A stretch of 51,612 nucleotides of DNA, taken from NCBI GenBank assembly GCA_000182565.2, contig KQ257450.1; one strand, written 5' to 3'. Source of the stretch: Spizellomyces punctatus DAOM BR117. Its lineage: Eukaryota. This document shows positions 8,871 to 21,961 of this stretch, in pieces (the first letter of the stretch is position 1; each line of letters begins with the position of its first letter). A program made the position numbers and the translations under genes. The notes under the pieces are model-generated. The model was not told the origin of the DNA. It was given only the letters and a program-made list of their open reading frames with translations, and did no database searches.

Positions 8871-11020
8871 TATAGCTCTCGAGCTGCGAATTCGTGTAGA
8901 TGTAATTATGGAGAGTGCTGGTGTCTGGCAAGGCTCGCGAGGAGAATGTCCGATTTGAATAGATTTCGTTCAGACACGAGAGTGCTAGAATTCCAAAAAC
9001 CCTTAAGCATGATCAAACTTGAGGGTTTGACCCATCAGCAATCGCAAAATTAATGTACCATTCCTCTTTCGTCGCCTTTAACATGGCTTCCTTGGCCTCA
9101 TCAGGGTCATTGACCAAGTGGTTTTCTTGGCCTCCATCCACACGAGGGTGTCGCCATCTGCCGTCTTCAAGATCGCAGATAATGGTGTCATGGATGGAGG
9201 TGATGTAGACGGCTCGGCGATACTGGTATCTTTTGGAGCCAGGGTTCGGACAAGGTCATCCCATTAGCGCATATACTGAGCCCCATCCATCCAAACACGT
9301 TGCCTTTTCCATTGGAGACAGCTAGTGGAATAGTCAGGCCTATTTCTAGGTGGGGCGAGTGCGACAGAGGCAACTTACTAGCCCCATATAGCCCCGTACA
9401 GTTCACCAAACGGCTCTTCATCTACAGCCGGTTCATGCAAGACGACGTCAAGCACTTGTGCGAAGGTGCTACCTTGACTTATCATCTGCAAGGATCCACA
9501 TTAGAGATGGGCTCGCACCATGACACACGAATGTATTTATCATCTCTAAGCGTGATAAGAAATCGCAAAAATTCGGAAAAGACATGGACTTCATCGATGA
9601 AGGTTTCTGGGGTATTTCAGCAGAAGACTATCCAGCTACAAAGGCACAAAATCGTGGCCATATACAAATGTGAACTATGTTCATTTCACCTTTCATTCAT
9701 ATTCTCATCATAGTGAGACTGCCAAACCACTATCACCATTTTCTTATCTCTCTGTCCTTCTTTCTTTACCAGTGTCGGGAATGTCTCTCTGGGACCTTGG
9801 GTCAAGATAGTAGCAAAGGAGTTGCATGCAGAAAGCAAAATATGGAACGATGGTAGATGGCCTTTGTCTTCAAATTTTGAATGGATCAGATACCTAGCTA
9901 GAAAGCGTAACCCAACAGACTTACAGCCGTGATCGATAGTTTTATGAACCTGTTTGGTGGGGTTGATAATTTTGCCAAGCTTTGATCAATCCAAAATTCC
10001 AACACAATCGCTGTAAGTTCTCACCAAGCTAATACTAATGCATGAAGGTACCCATATAACATGAAAGCTAGGTGACCTGATTGGTACTAGAGGAATGGGT
10101 TACGCTGTGATAGTCCTCTACTCGATAGAGAGATGGCATTTATACTACCTGTAACCTGAAACATTGTTAGCATGCAATGGAAAAGCGTGCCAGACTAAAT
10201 ACTTTTGCGCGCATTGTTAGTATGGAACTTTGGATACTGTAGCCATCGATATCAAGAATTCACAAAGTGACAGTATGGCTTCACACAAGAGCAAACATTG
10301 ACCGGTGACATGACGGCTCTTGATACCTGTCCTGGGCACGACAATGAACTCATTATCCCTCACGGCAAAAGGCAAAATGTATTGTAATACAAGACTTGGA
10401 TCTATTTACTCTAGCATTTCTCCAACCTTCATGGAGCTGTAGCCGTTTGCAGTGTTTCTGAATTTCCAGGAAATATTAGATATGGCGATGGCGGAGTGTC
10501 GCCTAGCTTTGCTGGATGTAGCCACGCTTTTGCACGTTTGTAGCTAGTATTCTCGATTTTGCTTAAATACATCCGTGATCACAGAAACACTTTCAAAATA
10601 GTGCAAAGAGGCCAACGCCATGCGACGATCAGCATCACTGAAAGAAGAAGAGAGACTAAAGCCTTGAATTCAAATATTGTCTGCTCATGACCATGCAGGC
10701 CACTCCCAAGAATGCACCAACACTTGTCTGTACTTTGGCCCCACGTCAACAGCTGCGTCCAGCCCAGCTTGAAAACGAGATGCTGACAGCAGAAGGAATC
10801 ACGTGCGTCCCTGGGGGCCACAAAAGCGGCCAAACTGTGCCAGCTGTGCCACATGCGCGTTCATTCTAAAATTTGGAATCGAAGGGAGACAAATTCTGCG
10901 GCCCTGCGGAAAAGGAGCTTGTCGTCTGTGGGGGAAAGGTTGTTCCGGGGAGGCATTCCCAATCTGCTCGCCTTCGTCTTTCATCCCCGACTCTCAGTGT
11001 TACTGACAGCAGGAAGAAAG

Positions 11021-12709
11021 ATGCTCGCACGAATCCTATCAACCGCGTTTGTCCTTCTTCCGCTGGTCACAGCGCAGACTCCAATTAATATTCCTGCTCC
11101 CGTTGAAGGGGATCCCGCAACACAGCCTGCCAACGATCCTACATATGCTTGCCCGGCGACTTGTGTGCCTCCCGCTTGCGTTTGCGCATCCACAAAGATT
11201 CCTGGTGGTTTGAGCGTAGAGCAGACGCCCATGTTTGTTACTCTCACTGCAGACGATGCCATTCAAGATCCGACCTACGAGCCCTTTAGCCAGGTTTTGA
11301 ACTCTACGGTGAATCCAAATGGATGTAATCTTCCCTTTACGTACTTTGTCAGTACCGCCTGGACCAATTTCTGGCTGATTACGAGGGCATATAATCTGGG
11401 ACATGAAATCGGTGCTCATACTATCAATCACCCTGGTAATGCGTATAGCGCTTTGACGTCCAAAAAAGTACCCTCACTGATAAGTTTCCAGATCTCACAA
11501 CTGTGTCAGCCACAGTGCGTGACCAAGAGATCCAAGGTTCTGCGCAAGCGGTCATGACCTATGGCGGGATTCCGAAGAGCGACCTTGCAGGGTTCCGTCA
11601 TCCGTTCTTGGCATTCAACAAAGACTCATTTGACTCTGTTGCCAAGGCTGGGTTCAAGTATGATTCGTCAGTTACCCTAGATCCTTTGACCCAGCCTTAT
11701 TGGCCACACACGCTGGATTACGGCTTCGCCTACTACCCGCAACCATGCATCAAATGCCCGTAAGTCTAGGCTGTCCCTTAACAGCAGGGGATCAAAACTC
11801 ATGAAAACTGTTTTCTCTCTGTCAAGTTCCGGGCCTTCTATGCAATACAAGGGAATGTGGGAGATCCCAATGTACAATTTGCTCACTAATGACTCAAAGC
11901 TCTGGTCTAGTATGGATCCTATCATCAATCCCCAGGTGAGTGTGAGACCACTAGACAGGCTATCGGAAATTGAAAACATCTAATTTACATCTTATTCCCT
12001 TCAGCTTAACGACTATGACGTGGCATTGTCCAATATCAAGGCCACTTTCCAAGTGCACTACAAAACGAAACTTCCCTTCGGCCTCTACCAGCATTTAGCG
12101 CAACTGGTAGCGTGGGGACCAGAGGTGGAGGTCAAAAAGGTTCAACTCCTCAAAGATTTTGTGGCGTGGACTCAGAAAGAGTTCAAAGACGTTTGGTATG
12201 TCACCAATCAACAGTTGATCTCATGGATCCAAAAGCCAGTGCCTGCCGATCAGATGCGAACGTTTCTCCCGTGTCGTCCACCCGCAGTGGACAAAGCGAA
12301 TAAAGAGATCTGTGACGGTATTGATAACGATGGCGATGGAATCATTGACAATGGCGTAGTCGAAACCTGTCAAGTGACCGAGGAAGTTAGTTTCCAAAGT
12401 TGCTACGGATGCCCGACACTCGTTCCCAATATCACACAACCGGTTCCACCGCAGAAGGGAAATGCTACAAGGAAGCCTGCGCCCGATGCAGCGTGTCCAA
12501 ATGCTGGGACTTGGGATCCCATTGCGGGCGCTTGCATCACTTTAACAAGGCCACAGGTCAAAATTCCTGATAGCAATGCGTCTGGGTCAAAACCTAGCGG
12601 TACCAATGGAGATCAGTCGAAGGGAAGTGGGACAGTGGCAGGTGCCAAGGTAGCCAAGACGTCTGTATTTGGTGCGACCCTCCTCTTAGTGGCAGTTTTG
12701 AGTGCCTAG
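11021..12709 (+). CDS. Secreted, probably GPI-anchored polysaccharide (chitin) deacetylase, CE4 family, animal-CDA-like subgroup
   Basis: Signal peptide; Cys-rich CPATCVPPACVCAS; motifs PMFVTLTADD, HEIGAHTINH, GFRHPFL, YDSS, WPHTLDYG, WEIPM and DVWYVTNQQLISW; three GT-AG introns; hydrophobic C-terminus after an S/G-rich stalk. Confidence 0.9.
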
Positions 12710-13146
12710 CGTTATCCTTCCTCGTTGAATACTGGTCATCTTCTATGCATCCTAATCTATGTAGTATAAAGTTTAATGTAAAAGTGTACAGTTCTAGTTC
12801 TATGAGCCCGCTACACTCTTCTATCCAGGGCTTCTGCATCCCACCTCTTCCTCTGGGATGCTGGGGAATAACTCGATGAAGCAATGCATGGCTTGGGCGA
12901 ACTACAAGTGCTGTAAGCCAACTACAGTCGTGGTTCCAGCAGCTGTTCCATGCTGTCGGGGAAGCGGACATTTTGCTATTGCTTCCTTCCATGCTTTGTG
13001 AAGAAGATCCATGCTATCATGTAGTCGATCTCCAATACTGCAGTCGTCTTAGAAGCTGGGCGACATTGGAGCCAATAGCTGCCGATTATCATCTGCAGGC
13101 TCCCCGCCTACACTTTTGCGCACTTGTAGCTAGACTGGTCTTCTGC

Positions 13147-13935
13147 TTAAATACATCCAGCTGCTCGCTCTATTATCAGCAATGCAACACTTCCAATTTC
13201 TCTTGGTACTTGTTCCTTCCCATCTACCCTCCACGCTTCGCCCCATCCTCCAAACCTGCGCTTATCTACAATCCTGCACCGCAGATTCCATTTTTCTAGT
13301 AAAGGCTGAACCGTTCGCCGCGAGCTCCGTTCCTGATATGCAGTGATAAACTTGGCGGATGGTCGGCTTTGTGAGAGAATATATGCCACGCTGGCAATGA
13401 GATCGTCAAAGTCCCGAGGTTCGTAAAACACGTCGGCACCAAGAATGAAATCAAACAGGTAAGAAGGATCCGACAACGGCGGGAACTTGCCCCATTTCAA
13501 CCCGATTACACTACATACATCATCCACTTGATTAGCATGCACTGCATGCTGTGCATTCTTTAGTAGATGCTCTGCATCCGGTAAATCTGATAGTACGACA
13601 CGTTTAGCACCCAGCTTCGCCGCCAAGAGACCAGGTAGAGCTGTGCCGCATCCGACTTCCAGAACTTGCTTGTTGAAAAATCGGCCTGCATTCCAGTATA
13701 CAAATGCAGAAAGAACTAACGCAGAGGGCCAAAGGTAACTACCATAATCTGGATCTAGTAGCTCATGTAAGATAACTTGTACGGGCTGCTGCTCAACGGA
13801 AGTTCCTGTGCTCTTCAGAAAAGTGACATTCCGCGAATGCCCGGTGCCAGCGCCTGCGAGATGATTTGCCGTTTCCCCTGTATATCGTGGCTCTTCATCT
13901 GAGGATGAGCCGTAGTCGGGAGGCACCAAGGACAT
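13147..13935 (-). CDS. Family-16 SAM-dependent protein methyltransferase, METTL23-like
   Basis: Single exon with YGSYLWPSALVLS, VLEVGCGTALPGL, VVLSD, GLKWG, DFILGADVFY and AYQERS. Confidence 0.88.
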   Translation of the reverse strand: MSLVPPDYGSSSDEEPRYTGETANHLAGAGTGHSRNVTFLKSTGTSVEQQPVQVILHELLDPDYGSYLWPSALVLSAFVYWNAGRFFNKQVLEVGCGTALPGLLAAKLGAKRVVLSDLPDAEHLLKNAQHAVHANQVDDVCSVIGLKWGKFPPLSDPSYLFDFILGADVFYEPRDFDDLIASVAYILSQSRPSAKFITAYQERSSRRTVQPLLEKWNLRCRIVDKRRFGGWGEAWRVDGKEQVPREIGSVALLIIERAAGCI

Positions 13936-14140
13936 CTCGGACACGAGGAGATCTAGGACGTTGAGTGATTGAAGTGCGTCGTCTACCCTGTCTACATGGT
14001 AATTGGGGTTAGGTAAGGACCAGTGTCACGTGTGTGTTCCAACCTTCACCCTCCGATCAACCTTTGGCAAAAACCAAGCGTCGGCCTTCCACAAGAGATC
14101 TTTGGCGTAACGTCTATGTTATGTAGCGGATACATGTCGC

Positions 14141-17100
14141 ATGGTATATCTTGATCCTACTGCTAATGGCATTAGTTCCCGGTATATAGTCAAGCCAATG
14201 GAGCATGACATCATGTTACCGCGACCGGAACCGCCTGCACCACATCCGCATCCAGCATTGGAGTCCCATAACAGATACGGAAGCGCCATACAAAATTTAA
14301 ACGCAGGCGCACCAGCTCCAGTTAGTTCAACAGTACGCGCTCGAGCGATGCAATTGCAGTTGCAACGAACAGATGCACGAGCGATGAGGAATGGTCGAGT
14401 GAGGGTCGCCGCAGGTAGCGCTACAAAGACAACCGGGAAAAGTGGAGGCGGACCTGTTTCAGTTGAAGATGGAGGAAAAGCTCCTTTTGTAGTGCAATCC
14501 GCGACCATGAGAATGAGTTTGAATGAAGAGACGCCTTTCCCTCCACGCGTCGACAGGAAGACTTCGTCGGTGAACGCGGTCCGCGTACCGTACCAAGGGC
14601 GTAATATTGCGACAAATTACAAGTTTGTTCCACCTGCCGCTGCTAAATACTATCTATGGTGTGTGCAAGCATGTTGGGAACGGTTTGCCGGAGATGAAAC
14701 TCAAGAACTTCTTGAATAGGGACACTACAAGTGTAGGCCCGACGCATCTTCTCACTTCCGATCAGCTTTGTCCAGACAACATTCGCCTGCAAACTACAGC
14801 TATTCGCGCAAGTCTGTCTTTAGATCGCCCGCCGGTTGCAACAACATGGCAAGGAGTAATGTTGCAGGGCTTCTTCATCGGTCGCTACGTACCGCTGCAG
14901 TCGAGTGTTATCTTAGAATCTGTGCACCAGTTGAGTACCAAGGCGCTCGTGCTGGATAGATTTGACGCTGGACGAAGGTCCTCGCATACAGAAGTTGGAT
15001 TAGAGCCTACATTTGTTACCGGTGGAGATGCTGTAGTTACAGTGAGTTGATCAGCTGCAACTTGGTGCAATACTGCACTGCAAACGTCTTATGATATCTT
15101 TTTACGGCTCAAGGTTCTCCGACGAGTGCATGATGACAAAGAAATGATGTCACAGGAGACAGGATGCTGGTCATCGATGGAGTATGGATATGTTTTCAAC
15201 GTGCGTCGGGAGGCATTGATAGACTACATGCCGATGATTAACCGGCACTTACGAAATTGCTAGACTTTGCGAGAGCGCCTTAAGCGGCTAGATGACTGCG
15301 CTAACTTGGATATCGCTACTGTGGTTCTCAGTATGGATCTGGACAAGTCATTCCAACTCCAAGGATTAAAATGTGAATGGAGTGTGATCTTTTGCCAACA
15401 CATTTAGCGAGTACTTATGCTCATGTGAACAAGGCCAGGCGCTAATTCCCGATGTGATCCTCCGCGCACACCTGATCAATCCTTTGATGATTGTGCCCAC
15501 AACTTTGACAACGGATCTGTTGAAGCCACTGTCTGTAGCGGGAGAACAGGTTGATTCTGGGTAGGCATCTGCTGCTACCAACACATCAGAGTCTGTTACT
15601 GAACGATGGTTCACACCAGCTATGTCGCCATTGACCAAGCGCGTCATGTACTCACCCTTACCTGCAATGATCCTATGGCAACATCGCTGCCTTTAGCCGG
15701 AATGTGAGTGGACAGAAGTCGTATTTCGTATGCTTCGATAACTGATGGAAATGTGACAGTTGGGTGAAAGGCGCGCGACATATCCGAGACCCGAGTGTAC
15801 AATGTGCTTGCATTCGGTATATATGGAATTCAGTCATCAAGAAGTTGGATATGGGTAAATCGCAAGTGTTAGTCATCATATTCCAAAATTTCACATCTGG
15901 AACACCCCAGTTTTATGAATGCAATTATGAGGTGAGAATGGTTGTTGGCGCCCACTCTTCCGTTGATTGCTGACCAGCTCAAAGATCAGCGAAATTCCAT
16001 TCGCTCTCTACGAAGCGTCGTTACCAGTCCCGAAAGATGAGCACAAAGGAGACCTGAAAGCATGGCAGGACGTGCTTTCAGTCAATAATGGATTTGAGCT
16101 TAAGAAGGTCAACATTCGCGAATACTCTGGCGCTTGTGAAGCTATTGAAAGCGTTTTTGACATGTGAGCAGGCTTGGTAACTGGCAAAGGAGCTAGTTTG
16201 AAATGAACCTGATCGTATTGTTACTATCAGCCCAGTTGCAAAACGCCAAGTATCGAGTTTATCTCCACCCGCGGCGGTCGTTAAATCATCAGCCTCGCCA
16301 TTACGTGTTGCGGATGACAAGAATGTGGCTGACATTGCGATCACCGTCGACACCAATGCTTCTATTCCCTGGTCATCAACAGACGACGCCAATGCTTCGG
16401 CTCCCTCTTCATCAACAGACCAGGCAGAAGACAGAGCGTCATTCTGTGATGATCCTGGACAGAGCGTACGGGTGGATCAGGAACCGAAGACAACCGCAGT
16501 ATCTGTTCCACGTCAGGGCGACACAACTCAAACAAATGACAATGAGGACGTCGTTGTTAACGCCGTGTCAGAGCAGCAACAGTCGTATCTCAAGTTCCTC
16601 CAGCTGCAATTAGACATGCTTAAAATGCAAATGTCAGGCAAACAGGCTGCGAGCTCCTCCAAGCTGCAGTTTTGGCCGATGATCCCGATGTTTCCTTCCC
16701 CAGTCATGTTGACGACGTCAACGTCGTCTGATCCTGTTACTAGACGTACGGACGCTCGTATAGGTACGGGATGCGATGCAGCAACGAACACGACGGTATA
16801 TGTCGGGCATGACGATGTGCAGGCTCCGTTCTCGTCCAAAGAGGTCGGTGAACTATCGTATGATCTCAAGTCTGTTAGTATCCGCTGCTAAGATATCCGG
16901 CTTCCTTTGATAGTCCCAGCAAGCAGCTGAAAACAAGGAAACACAAATTCATGCAGTCTCTGAGAAGGCGGATTCCTCACCTCCCACCCGCCGAAAATCA
17001 AACAACGCACCAGCGGTGACACCCACGCTTGGAACTACTGATCTGGAATCAGTATTAAAGCGTATTAATCAGACTGATATCGAGCGAACATACCATTTAC

Positions 17101-18134
17101 CTGCGGACACGGGTAGTAACTACGAGGCTTTCTTCCAGTATGACCCGATTACAGATGAGGAAGAAAAACAGACTCAGGAGGACATTGTCCCCGGGCACAT
17201 GGATATTGAACAGGATGGCAATGAAATTGCAATTAAATCATCATTAATTCAAGGGCGTAGCGAATCTATCAAAAGACCAACATCAACTGATGAAACAAAA
17301 TCTCCGCCTACTGCGGACGGTCATTGCATGAGATCAGAAATCCGGGAAGTGACCGAAGGACGGACCCCCGTCGGAACGTTACTACGACGAGTAGCGGAGG
17401 TGCTAGAAAAGTCGCACGAGGATCCTCTACAAGATGACGTTGCCGTAAATGTGTCATCTGTGGAGGAGGTAGGAGAGGGCAAGACAGAATTGATACATAA
17501 CAGGAGTGTCCATGGAGCAAAGGATATCATCGCACGGTTAGCGAGCCATCCAGAACAAAGCTTCATCGTCATGGCTGACCACGGTGATTTTCCCTGTGAA
17601 AATCTTGTGGAGCAGTCAGTTGTGCTCAATACACCAAGGAAACAGACCATAAGGTCTAGTCCAGCCGTGGATCGAAACGATGTTACCGCAATTGTCCGGA
17701 ATTCGAAGCCTACACAGCTTACCGCTTCTCAAAACAAGAACGAGACAACCTTGTATCCCGTTATTGCATCGAAGGTAAAAATGTAGACAGCAGGCATTCC
17801 TGTCTAAGCACTAGCTGACATGCTTTCGGGTTGCCAGATGGAACCCATTTACAGAAAGAATCCGAGAAGCCCCTTAAAGATACTACAAAACTCAAATCTG
17901 AAGGCTGCCGAGTCCGACCCTGATACAACTTGTGAACAGTTCTCCCGCGCGACGCTCGAATATCTGCATAAGTACGGACTGCTGGATGCAGAAGAAATCC
18001 CCGACGTTAGGGTGGCATTTCAGACTTTAAATACAAATCGTACGGATTTGCAAGATTCTGTAAGAGGAGACGGTGATGCTTACACGCGGATACTTGATAT
18101 TACGCGAATTCAAACATTACCGAAACTGCATTGA
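14141..18134 (+). CDS. STIL: STIL/Ana2/SAS-5-like centriole duplication protein (multi-exon; internal exon boundaries only partly resolved)
   Basis: The intron at 14659-14719 gives FVPP...YLWDTTSVG. N-domain motifs GFFIG and LVLDRFDAGR. Central short coiled coil EQQQSYLKFLQLQLDMLKMQ. STAN-like FSRATLEYLHKYGLL. Terminal TIM-like ILDITRIQTLPKLH*. Confidence 0.75.
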
Positions 18135-18242
18135 TTGGAGAAAACCTGGGGGTGCTTCGTCTAGTTACAATAGGCTAGATCTAGTCAAATGTAGCCTGCC
18201 TGCGCCGTCTATCCTACATAACATGATACTACAGACTTAAAC

Positions 18243-21200
18243 TTAAAACAACCCAGAGACCCTTCCCGTCTCGGGATCCAAATCGACGTCGTAAAAGCAT
18301 GGACGCTATGATCAAAAGCATCAGCATCCAGCATCTGTTAAACACAGATGGCTTCAAAAACATATGTACACGTACCGTAGGTAGACCCGGCATGGTTTGC
18401 ATCTCTCCCAACAGAGGATACAAGAACCCAGCACCAACGGATGCTCGAATGTCTCGCACCGGAACCGTAAAGCCTGTGGAGTCATTATCAAAGTTTAGGT
18501 TTCGTTGGCCCATGATCTCAACACCAGCCGCAAGCCACGCATACCCATCGGAACGCCTTTCAACTTCGGATCGTGGGATAAACTGAGATGAGTCTTCGCC
18601 ATGCAAATAGGCAGTTTGTCGAAACCCTAGAGTTAAATCCGTTTTAGCGCCTTTTGAGGAACCATGTCATACCGGCTAGCGATTGCCTACTTGTGACGTG
18701 TACAATTGAATTTTGCTTTTTGCTACGTCGCTCAACTCCACGCCATCGGCTCCGTACATTTCCTTCGCAATGGTTTCGATTTTGTCCACGATAGGGAGGT
18801 TTACATCATAAAGGTACTTGAACGAAGCACCGCCCTCGCGCTTTGATGTATTGCAAACATCCACTACTGCCTTGGCCAAGTCCAAAGCCCCAGCACCACC
18901 TCGCGCCCAATGGTCAGTTACAACGGCTGCTGACGCACCGGCTTCGATCGCCGCTCGTTTCACTGTGTCAAGTTCCGCCTGTGTATCGGAACTGGGTACA
19001 ACAACAGAACGTGAGTTTGGTTGTTGAGGCCGTTTGCGCGCATAAAATAGCGCACCTGAATTTATTGATCGCCACAACAACGCTGATTCCAAACTTGCGC
19101 GCATTTTGGACGTGCTTTGCTAAGTTTGCACAGCCTTTGGCCACTAATCCAACGTCTTCCTGTGAGTACACGTCGCTGATGGGCTTGCCGGCCACGACCT
19201 CAGGACCCCCGCCATGCATCTTCAAGGCCTTCACTGTAGCGACGAGGACCACAGCATTGGGAACTAATCCGGAAGTCCTACACTTGATATCAAAAAACTT
19301 CTCCATGCCAATGTCGGCTCCAAAACCCGCTTCCGTCACAACATATCCGGGCTCGTCGTCATCTGCCAGTCCTGACGTACCGGCAAGTTTTAAAGCAATC
19401 CTATCAGCTAGGATCGATGAGTTACCGTGGGCAATATTAGCGAACGGTCCCGCATGCACAAACACAGGTGTTCCCTCCAGTGTTTGCATCAAGTTGGGTT
19501 TAATGGCATCTTTCATCAATACTGTCAGTGCCCCGCCCACACCCAGATCATCTGCCGTGACGGGCTCTCCGGCCATATTACTGGCAACAACCATGCGGCC
19601 GAGTCGCTCTCGCATATCCTTCAGATCGGTGGTCAACGCTAGCACAGCCATAATCTCGCTGGCAACAGCAATGTCAAAACCGGTTTCACGAGTACGCCCC
19701 TTTTCTTGAGGCCCCATGCCCACCATAATTTTCCGCAAGAAGCGATCGTTGGTATCCATCACACGTTGCCAGGTGATAGTCTCTGGGTTAATATCAAGCC
19801 TAGCAAAGCGACGCTTCTCCTCAGGCGTCAGGGTGTCAGGATCAGTTTCCTTGATACCTAATCGCTGCAGACGCCTAATCATAATATCGGAGAACTTCCG
19901 CACGCCCTTTTTCGCGGGGACAAGGCGATTGAACAACGTTTCGTCGTTAGGAGTAGTTGCTTCGTGGAACATCCGCGCATCTATTGCAGCAGCCAAAAGG
20001 TTGTTCGCCGCGGTTACGGCATGATTGTCGCCGGTCAAATGCAGATTGAACTCGTCCATGGGTATGACTTGAGAATATCCTCCACCTGCTGCACCTCCCT
20101 TAATTCCGAACGTAGGCCCTTGTGAGGGTTGTCTGACACATGCGAATGCTACTTTCTTGAGATTCGCTCCTAGGGCCTGGACTAGGCCAATACAGGTCGT
20201 TGATTTCCCTTCTCCCAAAGGGGTTGGTGTGATGCCGGTAATGACCACATAATTCGCATCCTGACGATGTTTGAGGCGATCCAATACGGTGAGGTTGACC
20301 TTCGCCTTGGTTGGACCGTACAGTTCGAACTCGGAAGGGAACAAGCCTAATTCCTCTGCCACAATTTTGATCGGCTTCGGCTTTTGTGCCATGGCAATAT
20401 CGATATCGCTTGGAACGGGTGTTTTGAGATCCAGTTTTAGATACTGGGTAGGCCTTCTGTAGCCTTTGAGGGAGCGCTTTGCACTTAGAACGGTGTTGTA
20501 CATCAGCATTGTCACAGTCATTGGTCCAACGCCGCCGGGAACGGGTGTAATCGCCGACGCTATTTGAGATGCAGATTCGAAATCAACGTCTCCCACCCAA
20601 CGTATTCCAGATTTCTTCGTGGAGTCGGGAATGGGATTTGTTCCAACATCGATTATCACTACTCCGGGTTTTAGCCACGATCCCTTGACCATCTGAGGTC
20701 TGCCAATAGCAGTCACCAGTATATCAGCAGTCCGCACAATATCCTCTAAGTTCTGTGTCCTGGAGTGGCACACAGTTACAGTTGCGTTCTCGCCCTGAAG
20801 CAGATGAGCAAGCGGCATGCCGACAATATTACTCCTCCCAACCACTACTGCTTTCTTTCCATTGAGATCCACCCCTAGTAATATTCTCCTCATATCAGAC
20901 AAATCGCATTGCAGTTGTAGAACTGCCTAAATTGCATACCAGCATGCCTCAAAAGCTCAATGCATCCTTTCGGCGTACAGGGTTCGAACAATGGCTCGTG
21001 ATCCCTCTTCGCAAGCAGACCGATGTTGAGGGAGTGAAATCTGGCGCAAAAAGACATGAGCCAATGTATAAGTATGATCGCTGCAACGCAAGTAACAGTA
21101 CCCATCGACATCCTTATGGTAATCAATCGCTTCCGTTACCAATTTCTCGTCCATACCATCGGGGAGGGGCAGTTGCACAAGTATGCCATGGACCCTGTAA

Positions 21201-21897
21201 TCATCATTAAGGGCATGAACAACCGAAAGGAGCTGGAAAGAAGTCTTCGTGTTGATCGAGGATATCTTCAGTAGCGCTCTTAAATCATGAAGCCTACCTC
21301 TGCCTGCGAAACGGTAGCTTCCAATTTGTGATGGGTGAATTTCATCCCAATCTAGGACATGGATAAAGTCAGTCTTTGCCTCGCGTGATTATGCGACATT
21401 TGATGACGCAGATTCCAGCCAAGGTACCTTGAGAGCTGCCTGCTGCTTCTGTCTCACATACAAGCTCGAATCTTCACGGTCGCCAACCTGAATAATGGCT
21501 AGGTGCGGAATGAACCCGCCGTTATTCTCGGAGAGATCGGTCACCTCATCACGAAGCTTTGCACGAATGGACCTGGATATGTCTGCACTCGTTAGTTCAT
21601 CGCCCACCGAACACGGGGCAGTTTCGAGTATAAATGAGGTACTGACTCTGCTAAGGCTTTCCCATCAATAATCTTTGCTCCAGCAGCCATGCTTCGTTTT
21701 ATATGTTGCTGCTGTGGTATCGGCGCTAAAAAGTTACGTTTCGTGGTATGAGCAAAACTGGGGCGTGCAGGTGGGATTGACAATCGCGAAGTATGCGTAG
21801 TAGAACACCGCACTGTAGAGGCGGAACACGTCAACAAGCAGCGAGGTATCACTGAGAATTCAAGCGGTAAAGATCGTAGCAGGAATCGGATGTGCAT
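18243..21897 (-). CDS. MTHFD1: Trifunctional C1-tetrahydrofolate synthase (ADE3/MIS1/MTHFD1 type) with a putative mitochondrial presequence
   Basis: [32 protein letters not shown] and [12 protein letters not shown], then the formyl-THF synthetase domain ([42 protein letters not shown]...GLF*). In-frame ATGs at 21897 and 21690. Confidence 0.97.
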
Positions 21898-21953
21898 AAA
21901 GCTCACCGTCTAGTAGTCAGCCCCAGAAAATGCCAACAAGGAGGTGATCGGTG

Positions 21954-21961
21954 TGACTCAT
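21954..21961. promoter_or_regulatory. TGACTCAT, a Gcn4/AP-1-type (also Bas1-core) site upstream of C1-THF synthase
   Basis: Exact TGACTCA about 57 bp upstream of the first ATG. Confidence 0.4.

Noticed and set aside
8871-11020. Short ORFs (9188-9421, 9300-9713, 10579-10869) and a possible mobile element
   Set aside because: No recognisable domain, coherent exon chain, terminal repeats or target-site duplication.
13990-14032. X-box-like GTCTACATGGTAAT and CACGTG upstream of the STIL-like gene
   Set aside because: Too degenerate or short to distinguish from chance without conservation data.
18843-19709. 288-aa antisense ORF over C1-THF synthase, and similar shadow ORFs over the PPR, kinase, Ras and ankyrin genes
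   Set aside because: Explained by codon bias of the sense genes; no motifs of their own.
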